Source: Sulfurimonadaceae bacterium (GTDB lineage Bacteria; Campylobacterota; Campylobacteria; Campylobacterales; Sulfurimonadaceae). From it: a stretch of 32,683 nt of DNA. The position numbers and the translations under genes were made by a program. Shown here piece by piece: positions 9,080 to 18,229 of this stretch (position 1 is the first letter of the stretch; every line of letters begins with the position of its first letter). The notes below the pieces were generated by a model that saw only the letters and a program-made list of their open reading frames with translations, was not told where the DNA came from and did no database searches. The DNA is taken from assembly GCA_041571435.1 (NCBI GenBank), contig JBFFUI010000025.1, forward strand, positions 1-32,683, read 5' to 3'.

Positions 9080-9478
9080 ATTTTTTCAAAAACAGCACAA
9101 TATGCCTTCCGCATTGTAATTTTCATGTCCAGTGATACGGAGCGGCTCTTCTCTGCCGCCTTTATTCACGAACAGACAGGCATCCCTTATAAGTATCTCA
9201 CTATGCTGATGACGAAGTTGGCAAAAGCTGACCTCTTAACGGTAGCACGCGGACGAAACGGGGGGTTTACCCTCAGCCGCAATCTCGACGAGATCTTTCT
9301 AGGCGATGTGTTGACCGCAATAGGTGAAAACAACTGCACCAATTGCGCCTTTACCGAAAGTGAATGCGACGAGCACAACCCATGCGCACTTCACGACTTC
9401 TACCGCATTCCAAAAAATGCCCTTGAGAAGATGCTGGTAAACACAACACTCGCCGAGATAGACCCCGCCCTTATCTAA
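9080..9478 (+). CDS. Rrf2-family (IscR-like) transcriptional regulator with Cys-rich Fe-S motif
   Basis: In frame from ATT 9080: (M)FSKTAQYAFRIVIFM...IPYKYL...RGRNGGFTL...CTNCAFTESECDEHNPCALH. AGGAG SD at 9069-9073. The ORF track starts later, at ATG 9125. Confidence 0.85.
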   Translation: MFSKTAQYAFRIVIFMSSDTERLFSAAFIHEQTGIPYKYLTMLMTKLAKADLLTVARGRNGGFTLSRNLDEIFLGDVLTAIGENNCTNCAFTESECDEHNPCALHDFYRIPKNALEKMLVNTTLAEIDPALI

Positions 9479-9489
9479 CCAAACGCGAC

Positions 9490-9768
9490 TTAAACGCGTT
9501 TAGTCACCTCCAAAAGGTGATAACCGAACTGCGTTCGGATCGGTCCGACGACAACACCGACGTCAGAAGAGAAGACAGCTTTGTCAAATTCCGGCACCAT
9601 CTGACCAGGTCCAAACTCACCCAAGTCTCCACCATCGCGGCCTGACGGGCATTTTGAATGTGCCTGTGCGACGGTCTCGAACTTCGTCCCTTTTTCGATC
9701 TCTTGTTTAAGTTCTAGACACTGCTCTTCAGTGTCTACAAGAATATGTCTTGCTGCTGCTCTTGCCAT
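9490..9768 (-). CDS. ppiC: Parvulin-type peptidyl-prolyl isomerase PpiC
   Basis: ARHILV, HSKCPSGRDGGDLGEFGPGQMVPEFD and RTQFGYHLLEV motifs; 92 aa. Confidence 0.93.
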   Translation of the reverse strand: MARAAARHILVDTEEQCLELKQEIEKGTKFETVAQAHSKCPSGRDGGDLGEFGPGQMVPEFDKAVFSSDVGVVVGPIRTQFGYHLLEVTKRV

Positions 9769-9799
9769 GTGGATTTCCTTGTTTTTTTTTGTTTGCGAA

Positions 9800-9808
9800 A
9801 GTATACCA
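9800..9808 (-). promoter_or_regulatory. Extended -10 promoter for ppiC
   Basis: Minus strand TGG-TATACT, followed by an A-rich leader and AAGGA SD. Confidence 0.5.
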
Positions 9809-9909
9809 TGCCTCTTTTCATAGTCAGGAAAAATCTGCCGCGCATCTTCAAGCGATCCGGGGCAGTCAAAATGTCATAGTCGGTGTCGATTGTGCCTAAG
9901 CCGGCACTT

Positions 9910-10437
9910 TTAACTGAAGCCGAAATCTTTTTCGCTCTTGATGCTCTTTTTAAGTGCAAAAACGCCGATGTACGCCACGTTCTCGACTTCATACTCTTTT
10001 TTACCGCCAGGAAGTTCAATTGTAAATACATCGCCGACCTGCTTGCCCATCATCTTTTTGGAAAGAGGGGCATGGATCGTAATGAGGCCGTTTTCCGGTT
10101 CGCTTTCGTAGAGGCCGCAGATCGTATAGACCTCCTCTTCATCACTGTCAAGGTTGGTCAGCGTAACGGTCGAACCGAAATGTACGCGGCTATGCTCAAG
10201 TGACGCCGGATCGATGATCTGTGTCTTTTCAAGCAGTCCGTTGAGGAAGAATAGACGCTTGTCAATGTGGCGGAGTTTCTCTTTGGCGGCATGGTAATCG
10301 GCATTTTCACTGCGGTCGCCCAAGGCGGCAGCCACCTCTTTTTCCCGGCTTACCTTTGGTTTTTCAACCTCTTTGAGGTACTTGAACTCTCTGGTCAGAA
10401 GGTCATAACCCTCTTGTGTTATGGGTTCAACCGGCAT
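9910..10437 (-). CDS. greB: Gre-family transcription elongation factor, GreB-like
   Basis: ITQEGY, AAALGDRSENADY and LRHIDKRL resemble GreB more than GreA. Family is secure; paralogue assignment less so. Confidence 0.7.
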   Translation of the reverse strand: MPVEPITQEGYDLLTREFKYLKEVEKPKVSREKEVAAALGDRSENADYHAAKEKLRHIDKRLFFLNGLLEKTQIIDPASLEHSRVHFGSTVTLTNLDSDEEEVYTICGLYESEPENGLITIHAPLSKKMMGKQVGDVFTIELPGGKKEYEVENVAYIGVFALKKSIKSEKDFGFS

Positions 10438-10446
10438 ATGTGCGGC

Positions 10447-10773
10447 CTATTTGTCAAAACCTAAGATATAAAATGTGTTTTTGCCTGCGACCTGCTGCAG
10501 TGCAACCTTGTATTTCTCTGCAAAATGGTTGACTTTTTCCATCGCCTCTTCGGTACGTTCCGGGCTTGGTGCTTCAATCTTGATCTTGAAGTAGTCTTCA
10601 CTATTAGACATGGCGACATGGGAATCATCGACTTTAAGGTGTTCATGCAGATCAAGAATATGTTTTTGGATCTTGTCAAAAGACTTTGTGTTCTTTACAA
10701 TTCTGTCAAATTGGCTCAATAACGCTTCATTTGGTGCATAACCAAGTTGTTTCAACATCGCTTCACTATTCAT
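10447..10773 (-). CDS. Hypothetical protein (108 aa)
   Basis: AAGGTGAG SD, protein-like composition, 9 nt upstream of the gre gene (likely operon). Confidence 0.75.
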   Translation of the reverse strand: MNSEAMLKQLGYAPNEALLSQFDRIVKNTKSFDKIQKHILDLHEHLKVDDSHVAMSNSEDYFKIKIEAPSPERTEEAMEKVNHFAEKYKVALQQVAGKNTFYILGFDK

Positions 10774-10824
10774 TTCTCACCTTGTCGGCACCCACTAGAG
10801 AGCCTTCTAAATTTTAAGACAAAG

Positions 10825-10833
10825 ATTTTAACA
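10825..10833 (-). promoter_or_regulatory. Extended -10 promoter for the hypothetical-gre operon
   Basis: Minus strand TGT-TAAAAT. Confidence 0.4.
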
Positions 10834-10849
10834 TAGAATGTATTTACTC

Positions 10850-11833
10850 TTAAAACGGTTCAAAAAGAATGTGGTAACGCTGCGCTGACCTGTTCTCTTT
10901 TGCACACTTTTCAAAAGCCTCCGCATACTTCTCAGCCTCTTCGCCCCGGCCATACATGTTGGCAAGGATCTTATTGACCTCACATATCTCAGTCGCTTTG
11001 AGGTACCACTCAAGTGCCTGTTGGCGGTCTGCCCTGACACCCTGACCGCTCATGTAGAGCTCAGCCGCCATCTTTGCACCCAGAGCACTGCCGCCTTTAG
11101 CGGAGGTCAGGATAAGAGCCACCCCCTCCTGTATCCTCCGAAGGTTTCGGGGGCCGACAATATGTAGTTTTCCCAACTTTGCAGAAGCATCCAGGTTGCC
11201 AAGCGCGGCAGCGTCTCTGTAATACTCCAATGCAATGTTCAACGCATTACCCGTCTGCGGAGCGACCATCAACGTGTCGACGGTATAGTTACTGCGCCAG
11301 TAAGCGTCTCCCAGCAGCTCCATCGCTTCAGCATCGCCTTTTTGAGCGGCTCTTTCGATCAAAAAAAGTGCTATCCGCATGTTGGGTCTTACGATCTGAT
11401 CCGCATAAAAGAGTTCACCCAGCACACGATAGCTCTCTGCCGGTGCCTCCTGCCGATTCGATGCCAAGTCTTTGCTTACCGCCATCAAGGCATCACGGAT
11501 CTCACCGTGGGGTTCATTAATCAGAGACTCTGTTACCTTCGTATAATCAGCACTGTTTCGGCTTTGTGTAAAGAGGATCAGAGAGAGACCCAGCTGCCCT
11601 TTACCGTCATTTTTTACCGAGCGCTGGAGCCATGTCTTCGCCTCTTTGACAGAACCCTTCGCGTAGTAGAGAAGCCCAAGATCATACATCGCCTCGATAT
11701 TGCCTTTCATCGCGTCGTTGCGAGTGATCATAATCGCACGCTCAACATCGCCCTTTTCAAACGACGCTTTCATGGAGGTATAATCACTTCCGAACAGCGA
11801 CAGGCCCATTAATAATAAAATTACGATCCGCAT
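10850..11833 (-). CDS. Secreted Sel1-like repeat protein
   Basis: Signal peptide; repeats GNIEAMYDLGLLY, AAQKGDAEAMELLG, AAALGNLDASAKLG and GQGVRADRQQALEWYLKA. Confidence 0.85.
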   Translation of the reverse strand: MRIVILLLMGLSLFGSDYTSMKASFEKGDVERAIMITRNDAMKGNIEAMYDLGLLYYAKGSVKEAKTWLQRSVKNDGKGQLGLSLILFTQSRNSADYTKVTESLINEPHGEIRDALMAVSKDLASNRQEAPAESYRVLGELFYADQIVRPNMRIALFLIERAAQKGDAEAMELLGDAYWRSNYTVDTLMVAPQTGNALNIALEYYRDAAALGNLDASAKLGKLHIVGPRNLRRIQEGVALILTSAKGGSALGAKMAAELYMSGQGVRADRQQALEWYLKATEICEVNKILANMYGRGEEAEKYAEAFEKCAKENRSAQRYHILFEPF

Positions 11834-11861
11834 ACGTTACCTTCTGACTTCATATCTTAGT

Positions 11862-11867
11862 TATAAT
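11862..11867 (+). promoter_or_regulatory. -10 box for the rnr-holA operon
   Basis: Perfect TATAAT in the divergent intergenic region. Confidence 0.45.
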
Positions 11868-11903
11868 ACATCAAAACAATTTAATATAAGTGAAACAGAG
11901 CGC

Positions 11904-13859
11904 GTGAAGAACCTTTTAATACGACTAACTTTAGGACTCTACGAACAGGATATTTCCGAGAATGAGATGGAGTATGTCCAAAAATGGCTCGGTCAGGGGT
12001 ACCTGGTCAAAGAAGAGAACATCTACAGGCTTCCGTCAAAATATCGTGCCGGCACCATCATGATGACCCAAGGCGCTTCCGGCTTCCTGCAGGTCGTCGG
12101 TGCCAATGTTCGTGACCTCTATATCGACGAGCACTCTCTGGGCGGTGCAAAACACGGCGACCTTGTCATCGCACAGCGTCTTTTGGGCAAACGCGGCGGT
12201 CCAAGTGCCAAAGTTGTTGAAGTCATCGGAAAAGCGGAGAGCTACAGCGTGGCGATCCTGGCTGTCAAAGAAGGGCACAAGAGCCTGGTGGACATCCGCA
12301 ACAACTTCCCTGCCGGCGTCGAGCTGACGGCAGATGAGCTTGCCAAATATAGCGAAGGGGACCTCTTCAAGATCAACAACCAAAATGGCGAGATCATGGA
12401 GATGATCGGAAACATCCGTGATCCGAAAGTCGACGAAAAGATCGTTTTAGCCCAGTTCAACAAACATGATGCATTTGAAGACGATGTCTTGGCACTTGCA
12501 GAGAGTTTTGACAAGAATGTGGATGCCGCACGTTACCCCGACCGCAAAGACCTGCGCGACCTGCCGTTCTGCACCATCGATCCCGTCACCGCCAAAGACT
12601 TTGACGACGCCATCTGCTACCTTCCCGAAAAGAACATCCTCTATGTCGCCATTGCTGATGTCAGCACGTACGTCGAGCCTTTCGGCCCGATCGATGCCGA
12701 GGCGATCTACCGCAGTTTTTCGATCTACCTGCCGCACCGTTCCATTCCGATGCTGCCGCGCCAACTCTCTGAGACCCTCTGTTCCTTGCAGCCGCATGTT
12801 GACCGGCTCGCCTTTGTCTTCGAGCTGCACCTTGACGGCCTCAAGGTCGTCCATACCGAACTCTACGAAGCGATCATCCATTCCAAGCGCCGTTTTACCT
12901 ATGAAGAGGTCGATCTCTTTTTTGAAGGCGACCTGCAGCCGCAGAACAGTGACGAAGAGGTGGTCATGGCCTACCTTCCAAAACTTAGGGAGCTGACCGA
13001 TGCACTCAAAGTAGAACGGCTCAAAACAGGGTATGACTTCCACTCCGAAGAGCTGGAGATGGAACTCGACGAAGACCAGATGATCCTCTCGACGACGGTC
13101 AGCGAAGAGACCCCTTCGCACGGGCTGATCGAAGACTGTATGCTTCTTGCCAACAAGGCCGCGGCTTCGCGGTATTCCCATGGCGTCTTCCGTATCCATG
13201 AACAGTCCAGCCCGATAAAGCTGCAGAGCCTCTATCAGGAGCTGGCCGGCATCGGGATCATTGTTGAGCCCAAAGAGTCGATGAAAGAGACCATAGACTT
13301 CATTCAGGCCGAAGCGAAAAAGCGTGACCTGGTCAGTGAAGTCGACACCCTCATCATCCGTGCCCAGATGCAGGCCCGTTATGCGCCGGAAAATGTCGGC
13401 CACTTCGGGCTCGGGTTTGAAGCCTATACCCACTTTACCTCGCCGATCCGCCGCTACTCCGATCTTATCGTGCACCGCCACCTCAAGGCGCTGCTTGCCA
13501 AAGACACGGAAGAGAGCTCTTACGTGCTGCGCAACATCGATGCCCTCTGTTTCAGTATCAGTGAAAAGGAGCGTGAGGCATCTGCTATCGAGATCCGTTT
13601 TATGCAGCGCAAGTTCGCACGCTGGGCAGACACGCAAAAAGGACGGGAGTTCAAAGCCCGCGTCAACAGCACCGATCCGTTCTTTACGGCTGAGATACTT
13701 GAGCCTATCCGCGGTGCCGAGGTCAACCTCAGTGTTGCGACCTCCGTCACCCTTTTTGACGACATCATCCTGCGCATCGATAATGTCGATCTCGCGTCGG
13801 CAAAGATCAATGCCTCTCTGGTCAAAAAACTGGACCACGACCCGATGGAGCTAAACTAG
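11904..13859 (+). CDS. rnr: Ribonuclease R (RNB family)
   Basis: TIDPVTAKDFDDA, LIEDCMLLAN and GHFGLGFEAYTHFTSPIRRYSDL motifs. Confidence 0.93.
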   Translation: MKNLLIRLTLGLYEQDISENEMEYVQKWLGQGYLVKEENIYRLPSKYRAGTIMMTQGASGFLQVVGANVRDLYIDEHSLGGAKHGDLVIAQRLLGKRGGPSAKVVEVIGKAESYSVAILAVKEGHKSLVDIRNNFPAGVELTADELAKYSEGDLFKINNQNGEIMEMIGNIRDPKVDEKIVLAQFNKHDAFEDDVLALAESFDKNVDAARYPDRKDLRDLPFCTIDPVTAKDFDDAICYLPEKNILYVAIADVSTYVEPFGPIDAEAIYRSFSIYLPHRSIPMLPRQLSETLCSLQPHVDRLAFVFELHLDGLKVVHTELYEAIIHSKRRFTYEEVDLFFEGDLQPQNSDEEVVMAYLPKLRELTDALKVERLKTGYDFHSEELEMELDEDQMILSTTVSEETPSHGLIEDCMLLANKAAASRYSHGVFRIHEQSSPIKLQSLYQELAGIGIIVEPKESMKETIDFIQAEAKKRDLVSEVDTLIIRAQMQARYAPENVGHFGLGFEAYTHFTSPIRRYSDLIVHRHLKALLAKDTEESSYVLRNIDALCFSISEKEREASAIEIRFMQRKFARWADTQKGREFKARVNSTDPFFTAEILEPIRGAEVNLSVATSVTLFDDIILRIDNVDLASAKINASLVKKLDHDPMELN

Positions 13860-14828
13860 ATGTACCGCAAAGAACTCGACAACCTCATCAGAGGCGGCAG
13901 TAAAGTACCGGCGATCATGCTCTATGGCGAGAGCCACTTTCTCATCGATCACTATCTCAAGTTTTTCAGTAACATCCCCGATGCCAATGTCTTAAGCCTC
14001 TACCATGATGAGTATGACTTCAATGCGGCCAAAGCCCACCTTTCGCAGGGCTCACTCTTTGGCGACCAGAACCTGCTTATCATCAAAAATGAAAAAAAGG
14101 TGCCGAAAAAAGATCTGGACACCCTGCTGGAACTGGTGAAAAAGAACCCCGATAACACCTTAATTTACGCCTACTATGGCACCGATATGAAGACCTCCGC
14201 AAAGGCCTTTAACAAGAAGTCGGGCGGTATCGAAGTCAGAATGTTCCCACCTTTTGAAGGCGAGGCGAAAAACATGCTGATCCAGGAGGCACAGCGTTTG
14301 GGTATACAGCTTGACGGCTACACCGCCGCGCACCTTCTCGAATCGCAGAACAATGACCTCGGCCTTGCCTTTAACGAGCTCTCCAAACTGCAGATCCTGG
14401 GACGCCCCTTATCAGCCAAAGATATCGATGCTCTGGTCTATGGTGTCGGGGAGATCAAGACCGACCAGTTCATCAACCACCTCCTTGCCAAAAGAGATTT
14501 CAGAGAGGAGCTGCAGCGCATTTTAGAGGGCGGCGAGGATGAGATACGTATCATCACCACGCTAAGCAATTTTATGACCCAGCTCTACCTCTTTTTTGCC
14601 CATATCAAGATCCATGGCATTGCCGATTCAAGAGCAATACTGGGCTACAAGCTGCCGCAAAAGATAGAGCAGGAGCGTGCACAGCAGAGCATCAAGTTCA
14701 AGCAGCATCAATATGACGCGATATTAAACCTGCTGCTGGACAATGAGTTGAAAATGAAGTCCAGCGGCGGCCTCGACAAAAACGCCCTTCTGCTGGCAAC
14801 CCTGATCAAGCTGCAGAGCTATATTTAA
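13860..14828 (+). CDS. holA: DNA polymerase III subunit delta
   Basis: MLYGE, SQGSLFGD and NELSKL motifs; 322 aa; abuts the rnr stop codon. Confidence 0.85.
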   Translation: MYRKELDNLIRGGSKVPAIMLYGESHFLIDHYLKFFSNIPDANVLSLYHDEYDFNAAKAHLSQGSLFGDQNLLIIKNEKKVPKKDLDTLLELVKKNPDNTLIYAYYGTDMKTSAKAFNKKSGGIEVRMFPPFEGEAKNMLIQEAQRLGIQLDGYTAAHLLESQNNDLGLAFNELSKLQILGRPLSAKDIDALVYGVGEIKTDQFINHLLAKRDFREELQRILEGGEDEIRIITTLSNFMTQLYLFFAHIKIHGIADSRAILGYKLPQKIEQERAQQSIKFKQHQYDAILNLLLDNELKMKSSGGLDKNALLLATLIKLQSYI

Positions 14829-14864
14829 CATCCAAAACAAAAAAACCAATCAAGAAGAATCAAA

Positions 14865-16703
14865 ATGATACAATTTTCGAACGTCTCCAAAGCCTACGGA
14901 AGCCACGAGCTTTTTAACAACCTCACCTTCAAACTCAACCCCGGTAACAAAATGGGCCTTGTCGGTCGTAACGGTAGCGGTAAATCGACCATGTTCAAAC
15001 TTATTCTGGGCGAAGAGGAGCCAAGTGAAGGGAGTGTGATCATCCCAAAAAACTATAAGATCGGTGCCTTGCGTCAGCACCTTGTCTTTACGGAAAAGAC
15101 ACTGCGCGAAGAGGCTGCCCTGGCCCTGGAAGATGACATGAAGTGGGACACCTACCGTGTCGAGAAGATACTCTTTGGTCTCGGCTTCGACCATGAAGAC
15201 CTCGACAAAGATCCCCTCTCCTTTTCGGGCGGGTACCAGATCCGTATCAACCTTGCCAAACTGCTGGTGACCGAACCGAACCTGCTGCTGCTGGATGAAC
15301 CGACCAACTACCTCGACATCCTTTCACTTCGCTGGCTCAAGTCGTTTCTAAAAGCCTTTCAGGGCGAGGTCATCCTCATTACCCACGATCGCGACTTTAT
15401 GGACGGTGTCTGTACCCACACCATGGGTATTATCCGGCGTGATCTCTTTATGATCCCGGGTGACACCCACAAGTTCTATGCCCAGCTCGCCGAAAATGAA
15501 GAACTCTACGCCAAACAGAAAGCCTCCCAGGACAAAAAGGTCAAAGAGCTCGAAGAGTTCATCGCCAAAAACAAGGCACGAGCATCGACAGCAGCACTGG
15601 CACAATCCAAAGTCAAACAGTTGGAGAAGATGGACCGTATGGAAGACATCGGTTTTGACAGTACCCTTGCCTTCGACTTTCAGTTCAAGGATACGCCGGC
15701 CAAGGTCTTGCTTGATGTTCAGGATATCAGCTTTGGGTACACCCCGGATAATATTCTCTTCAAGAATATCTCCTTTACCATCGAAAAGGGGCACTGTCTT
15801 GCCATTATCGGTAAAAACGGTGTCGGTAAATCAACCCTGCTCAACACACTTGCCAAAGAGCTTACCCCTTTAAGCGGTAAAGTCGAATACCACGGCACTA
15901 CGGCAGTTGGACATTTTGGTCAGACCAATATAGCGCGTCTTAATCCCGACAGCACCATCATGGATGAGATCTACGCAGCAAATCCACAGCTCTCAGCCGC
16001 AAGCGTACGCAGTATCTGCGGGGCGATGATGTTCAGCGGCGACCGTGCCGAAAAGAAGGTTTCACTTCTCTCGGGTGGAGAGAAGAGCCGGGTAATGCTG
16101 GGGCAGATCCTGTCCTGTCCTTCCAACCTGCTCTTTCTCGATGAGCCGACGCACCACCTTGACATCGACTCCATTGAAGCCCTGACGGTTGCGATCAAGA
16201 ACTTTCCAGGCTCTTCTGTTATCGTCTCCCACTCCGAAGAGCTGCTGCGCCGTGTCGCAGACCGCCTCATCATCTTTTCAAAAGATGGCGCCGAACTGTT
16301 TGACGGCGGGTACGATCTGTTCCTGGAAAAGAGGGGATGGGACGAGGAGGAGGTCGAAGAGACCCAACCAAAAAAGAAAAAAACATCCAACCCGATGAGC
16401 AAGGAGAACAAAAAGCTCAAAAACATCATCACCAAAGAGCGTTCACGTGCGACGTCACCGCTACGTAAAGAGATCGAAAAGGCGGAGAAGTTCATCATGG
16501 AGAGCGAGACACAGATCGCCAAATACCATCAGGAACTTGTCGAAGCCTCCAATACCAATGACAATTCCAAAGTGATGGAGCTTTCGCAACTTGTCTCTAA
16601 GCTCGAAGCCGAAGTCGAAGCAAAGTTCGAGCGGATGGAAGTTGCGCAGCTGGAGCTCGATGAGCTGATGGCAGAGCACGACAAAAAGCTTGCGGCGCTG
16701 TAG
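14865..16703 (+). CDS. ABC-F family ATP-binding protein (two NBDs, no membrane domain, C-terminal coiled coil)
   Basis: GRNGSGKST, FSGG and LDEPTNYLD; then GKNGVGKST, LSGGEKSR and LDEPTHHLD. Confidence 0.95.
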   Translation: MIQFSNVSKAYGSHELFNNLTFKLNPGNKMGLVGRNGSGKSTMFKLILGEEEPSEGSVIIPKNYKIGALRQHLVFTEKTLREEAALALEDDMKWDTYRVEKILFGLGFDHEDLDKDPLSFSGGYQIRINLAKLLVTEPNLLLLDEPTNYLDILSLRWLKSFLKAFQGEVILITHDRDFMDGVCTHTMGIIRRDLFMIPGDTHKFYAQLAENEELYAKQKASQDKKVKELEEFIAKNKARASTAALAQSKVKQLEKMDRMEDIGFDSTLAFDFQFKDTPAKVLLDVQDISFGYTPDNILFKNISFTIEKGHCLAIIGKNGVGKSTLLNTLAKELTPLSGKVEYHGTTAVGHFGQTNIARLNPDSTIMDEIYAANPQLSAASVRSICGAMMFSGDRAEKKVSLLSGGEKSRVMLGQILSCPSNLLFLDEPTHHLDIDSIEALTVAIKNFPGSSVIVSHSEELLRRVADRLIIFSKDGAELFDGGYDLFLEKRGWDEEEVEETQPKKKKTSNPMSKENKKLKNIITKERSRATSPLRKEIEKAEKFIMESETQIAKYHQELVEASNTNDNSKVMELSQLVSKLEAEVEAKFERMEVAQLELDELMAEHDKKLAAL

Positions 16704-16755
16704 AGGTCATTTCACCGCACAAAAGAACCTGTTTTGGTCTATTTGGGCACCTTCT

Positions 16756-17268
16756 CTACTCTTCACTCTGCAACATCAGCTGATCAAGATGGTAAAAGAG
16801 GTTCGGGTACTCCTGTTTGATCTCGCTGATCAGCCAGTCGAGATCAAGCTTCACGATCCTTCCCTCGGCATGCGTTTCTGCCAGTCGTTTGATCTTGTCC
16901 ATTGCTACGGCCAACACATCGTAATAGTCGATCGGGTACCATTTCAATATCGCTTTCTCAAGCTTTAAACGAAAGCTCTCATCCTGGGTCGAGGCAAATA
17001 TTTCGATCATTTTCGACAGTGCCGGAGCTGACGTCAGCGTATAGGAGTGGTTGTTTTCATCGATAATGACCCAGGGGTGTTTTTCATCCCAATTTCCCTG
17101 GAGCAGTTCAAGCTCCTTATGCCGTGCATCGATGCCTGGCCGCATTTTAACTATCGTCATCTCCGCCGCATCGAGGTTAAGTGTTTCGGCGATCTGTCCA
17201 AGATGTTTTTGTATATCTTCCGGGAAATTCACAATGTACCCTTTCACGACAAGCGTATTTTTTAACAC
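16756..17268 (-). CDS. DUF2603-family protein
   Basis: C-terminal LKLEKAIL..PIDYYDVLAVAMDKI...LDLDWLISEIKQEYPNLF matches my recollection of this Campylobacterota family; GTG start. Confidence 0.7.
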   Translation of the reverse strand: MLKNTLVVKGYIVNFPEDIQKHLGQIAETLNLDAAEMTIVKMRPGIDARHKELELLQGNWDEKHPWVIIDENNHSYTLTSAPALSKMIEIFASTQDESFRLKLEKAILKWYPIDYYDVLAVAMDKIKRLAETHAEGRIVKLDLDWLISEIKQEYPNLFYHLDQLMLQSEE

Positions 17269-17328
17269 TGTTTATTATCATAGCAAAAAAAACGTCCTGT
17301 TCTTGCTCAAGCGCCGTGTAAAACGGTC

Positions 17329-17958
17329 CTACTTGCGGATAATTGCCTTCACCCAGGATGCGATCATCGCCAACTCATCCCTATCAATACTATGATCTTT
17401 TTCATAGGCTTTAAACTCGATCTCAAAACCACCCTCCTGGAGTCTCTCGACCTGCTCTTTTGAGCTCTCAAACGGCAGAACATTGTCATCGATGCCGTGT
17501 GTACATAGCCAGTGTGAGGCCGCCGCCTCTTTGTTCATCTCAACCAGCAGTTTTTCCGCATCATAGATATAGCCGCTGACGGCGATATAACCGGCAAGTA
17601 CCCTGTGATAACGCGCACCGAACTCGAATGTCAGCAGCGAACCCTGCGAGAAGCCGAACAAAAAACTCTCATCGGCATTGAACTCTTCTTCAAAGAGCAT
17701 GTCCAGAGTCTCGGTAAGAAGCTGGCTTGAGTGCCTGATCCCCGGAAGCTGGTCCGGCGGCAGCTGATACCATGAGAGACCGCTGAAGTACTCAAACGGG
17801 GCATCCAGAAGAAGATAGTTCATCTCATCGATCTTCAAATAATCCGGCAGCATCGTAAAGCCTTCCGAGGAGTCGCCGCGGCCATGCATAATGATCATCA
17901 CTTTTTTGGAGGGAACTTTTGAGGGTATAAATATGTTGTCTAAGGGTAAGTTTTGCAT
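17329..17958 (-). CDS. Phospholipase/carboxylesterase (alpha/beta hydrolase)
   Basis: MHGRGDS, GFSQG nucleophile elbow, HGIDDNVLP and catalytic His (KDH). Confidence 0.9.
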   Translation of the reverse strand: MQNLPLDNIFIPSKVPSKKVMIIMHGRGDSSEGFTMLPDYLKIDEMNYLLLDAPFEYFSGLSWYQLPPDQLPGIRHSSQLLTETLDMLFEEEFNADESFLFGFSQGSLLTFEFGARYHRVLAGYIAVSGYIYDAEKLLVEMNKEAAASHWLCTHGIDDNVLPFESSKEQVERLQEGGFEIEFKAYEKDHSIDRDELAMIASWVKAIIRK

Positions 17959-17963
17959 GAAGT

Positions 17964-17969
17964 ATTATA
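17964..17969 (-). promoter_or_regulatory. -10 box 5 nt upstream of the esterase ATG; probable leaderless promoter
   Basis: Minus strand TATAAT-ACTTC-ATG; no SD. Confidence 0.6.
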
Positions 17970-18229
17970 CAAGATCAGGGGCCATTGTTAACAAAATATT
18001 TACCTTGGCTTTTTACAATTTTCAAGGGTAATTCTAAATCTTTTAACAGCTCTGTGACAGAACGTGCTTTGAGTGGTCATGCGATCTTCTCATTGAACAC
18101 AGCTGCGCGGAGTAGAAATAAGCCTTTTGCGCTTCATGCAATTGATGCTTTTAGAACTGCCCTTTTTACATCAACATATTGCACTGATTTAGCCCCCATA
18201 CAGTGCTTTTCCTCTGAACAAACTCTGCT

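Noticed and set aside
9782..9790. T9 tract upstream of ppiC (and A9 near 6095-6103) as phase-variation sites
   Set aside because: These are intergenic A/T tracts, common in such promoters and leaders; there are no long poly-G/C tracts in coding regions.
12447..13838. 463-aa antisense ORF opposite rnr
   Set aside because: It is in codon register with rnr and has no recognisable motifs; best explained as a shadow ORF from codon bias.
14865..16703. ABC-F as an antibiotic-resistance (ARE) factor
   Set aside because: Housekeeping operon context and no leader peptide or attenuator; subfamily cannot be assigned by eye.
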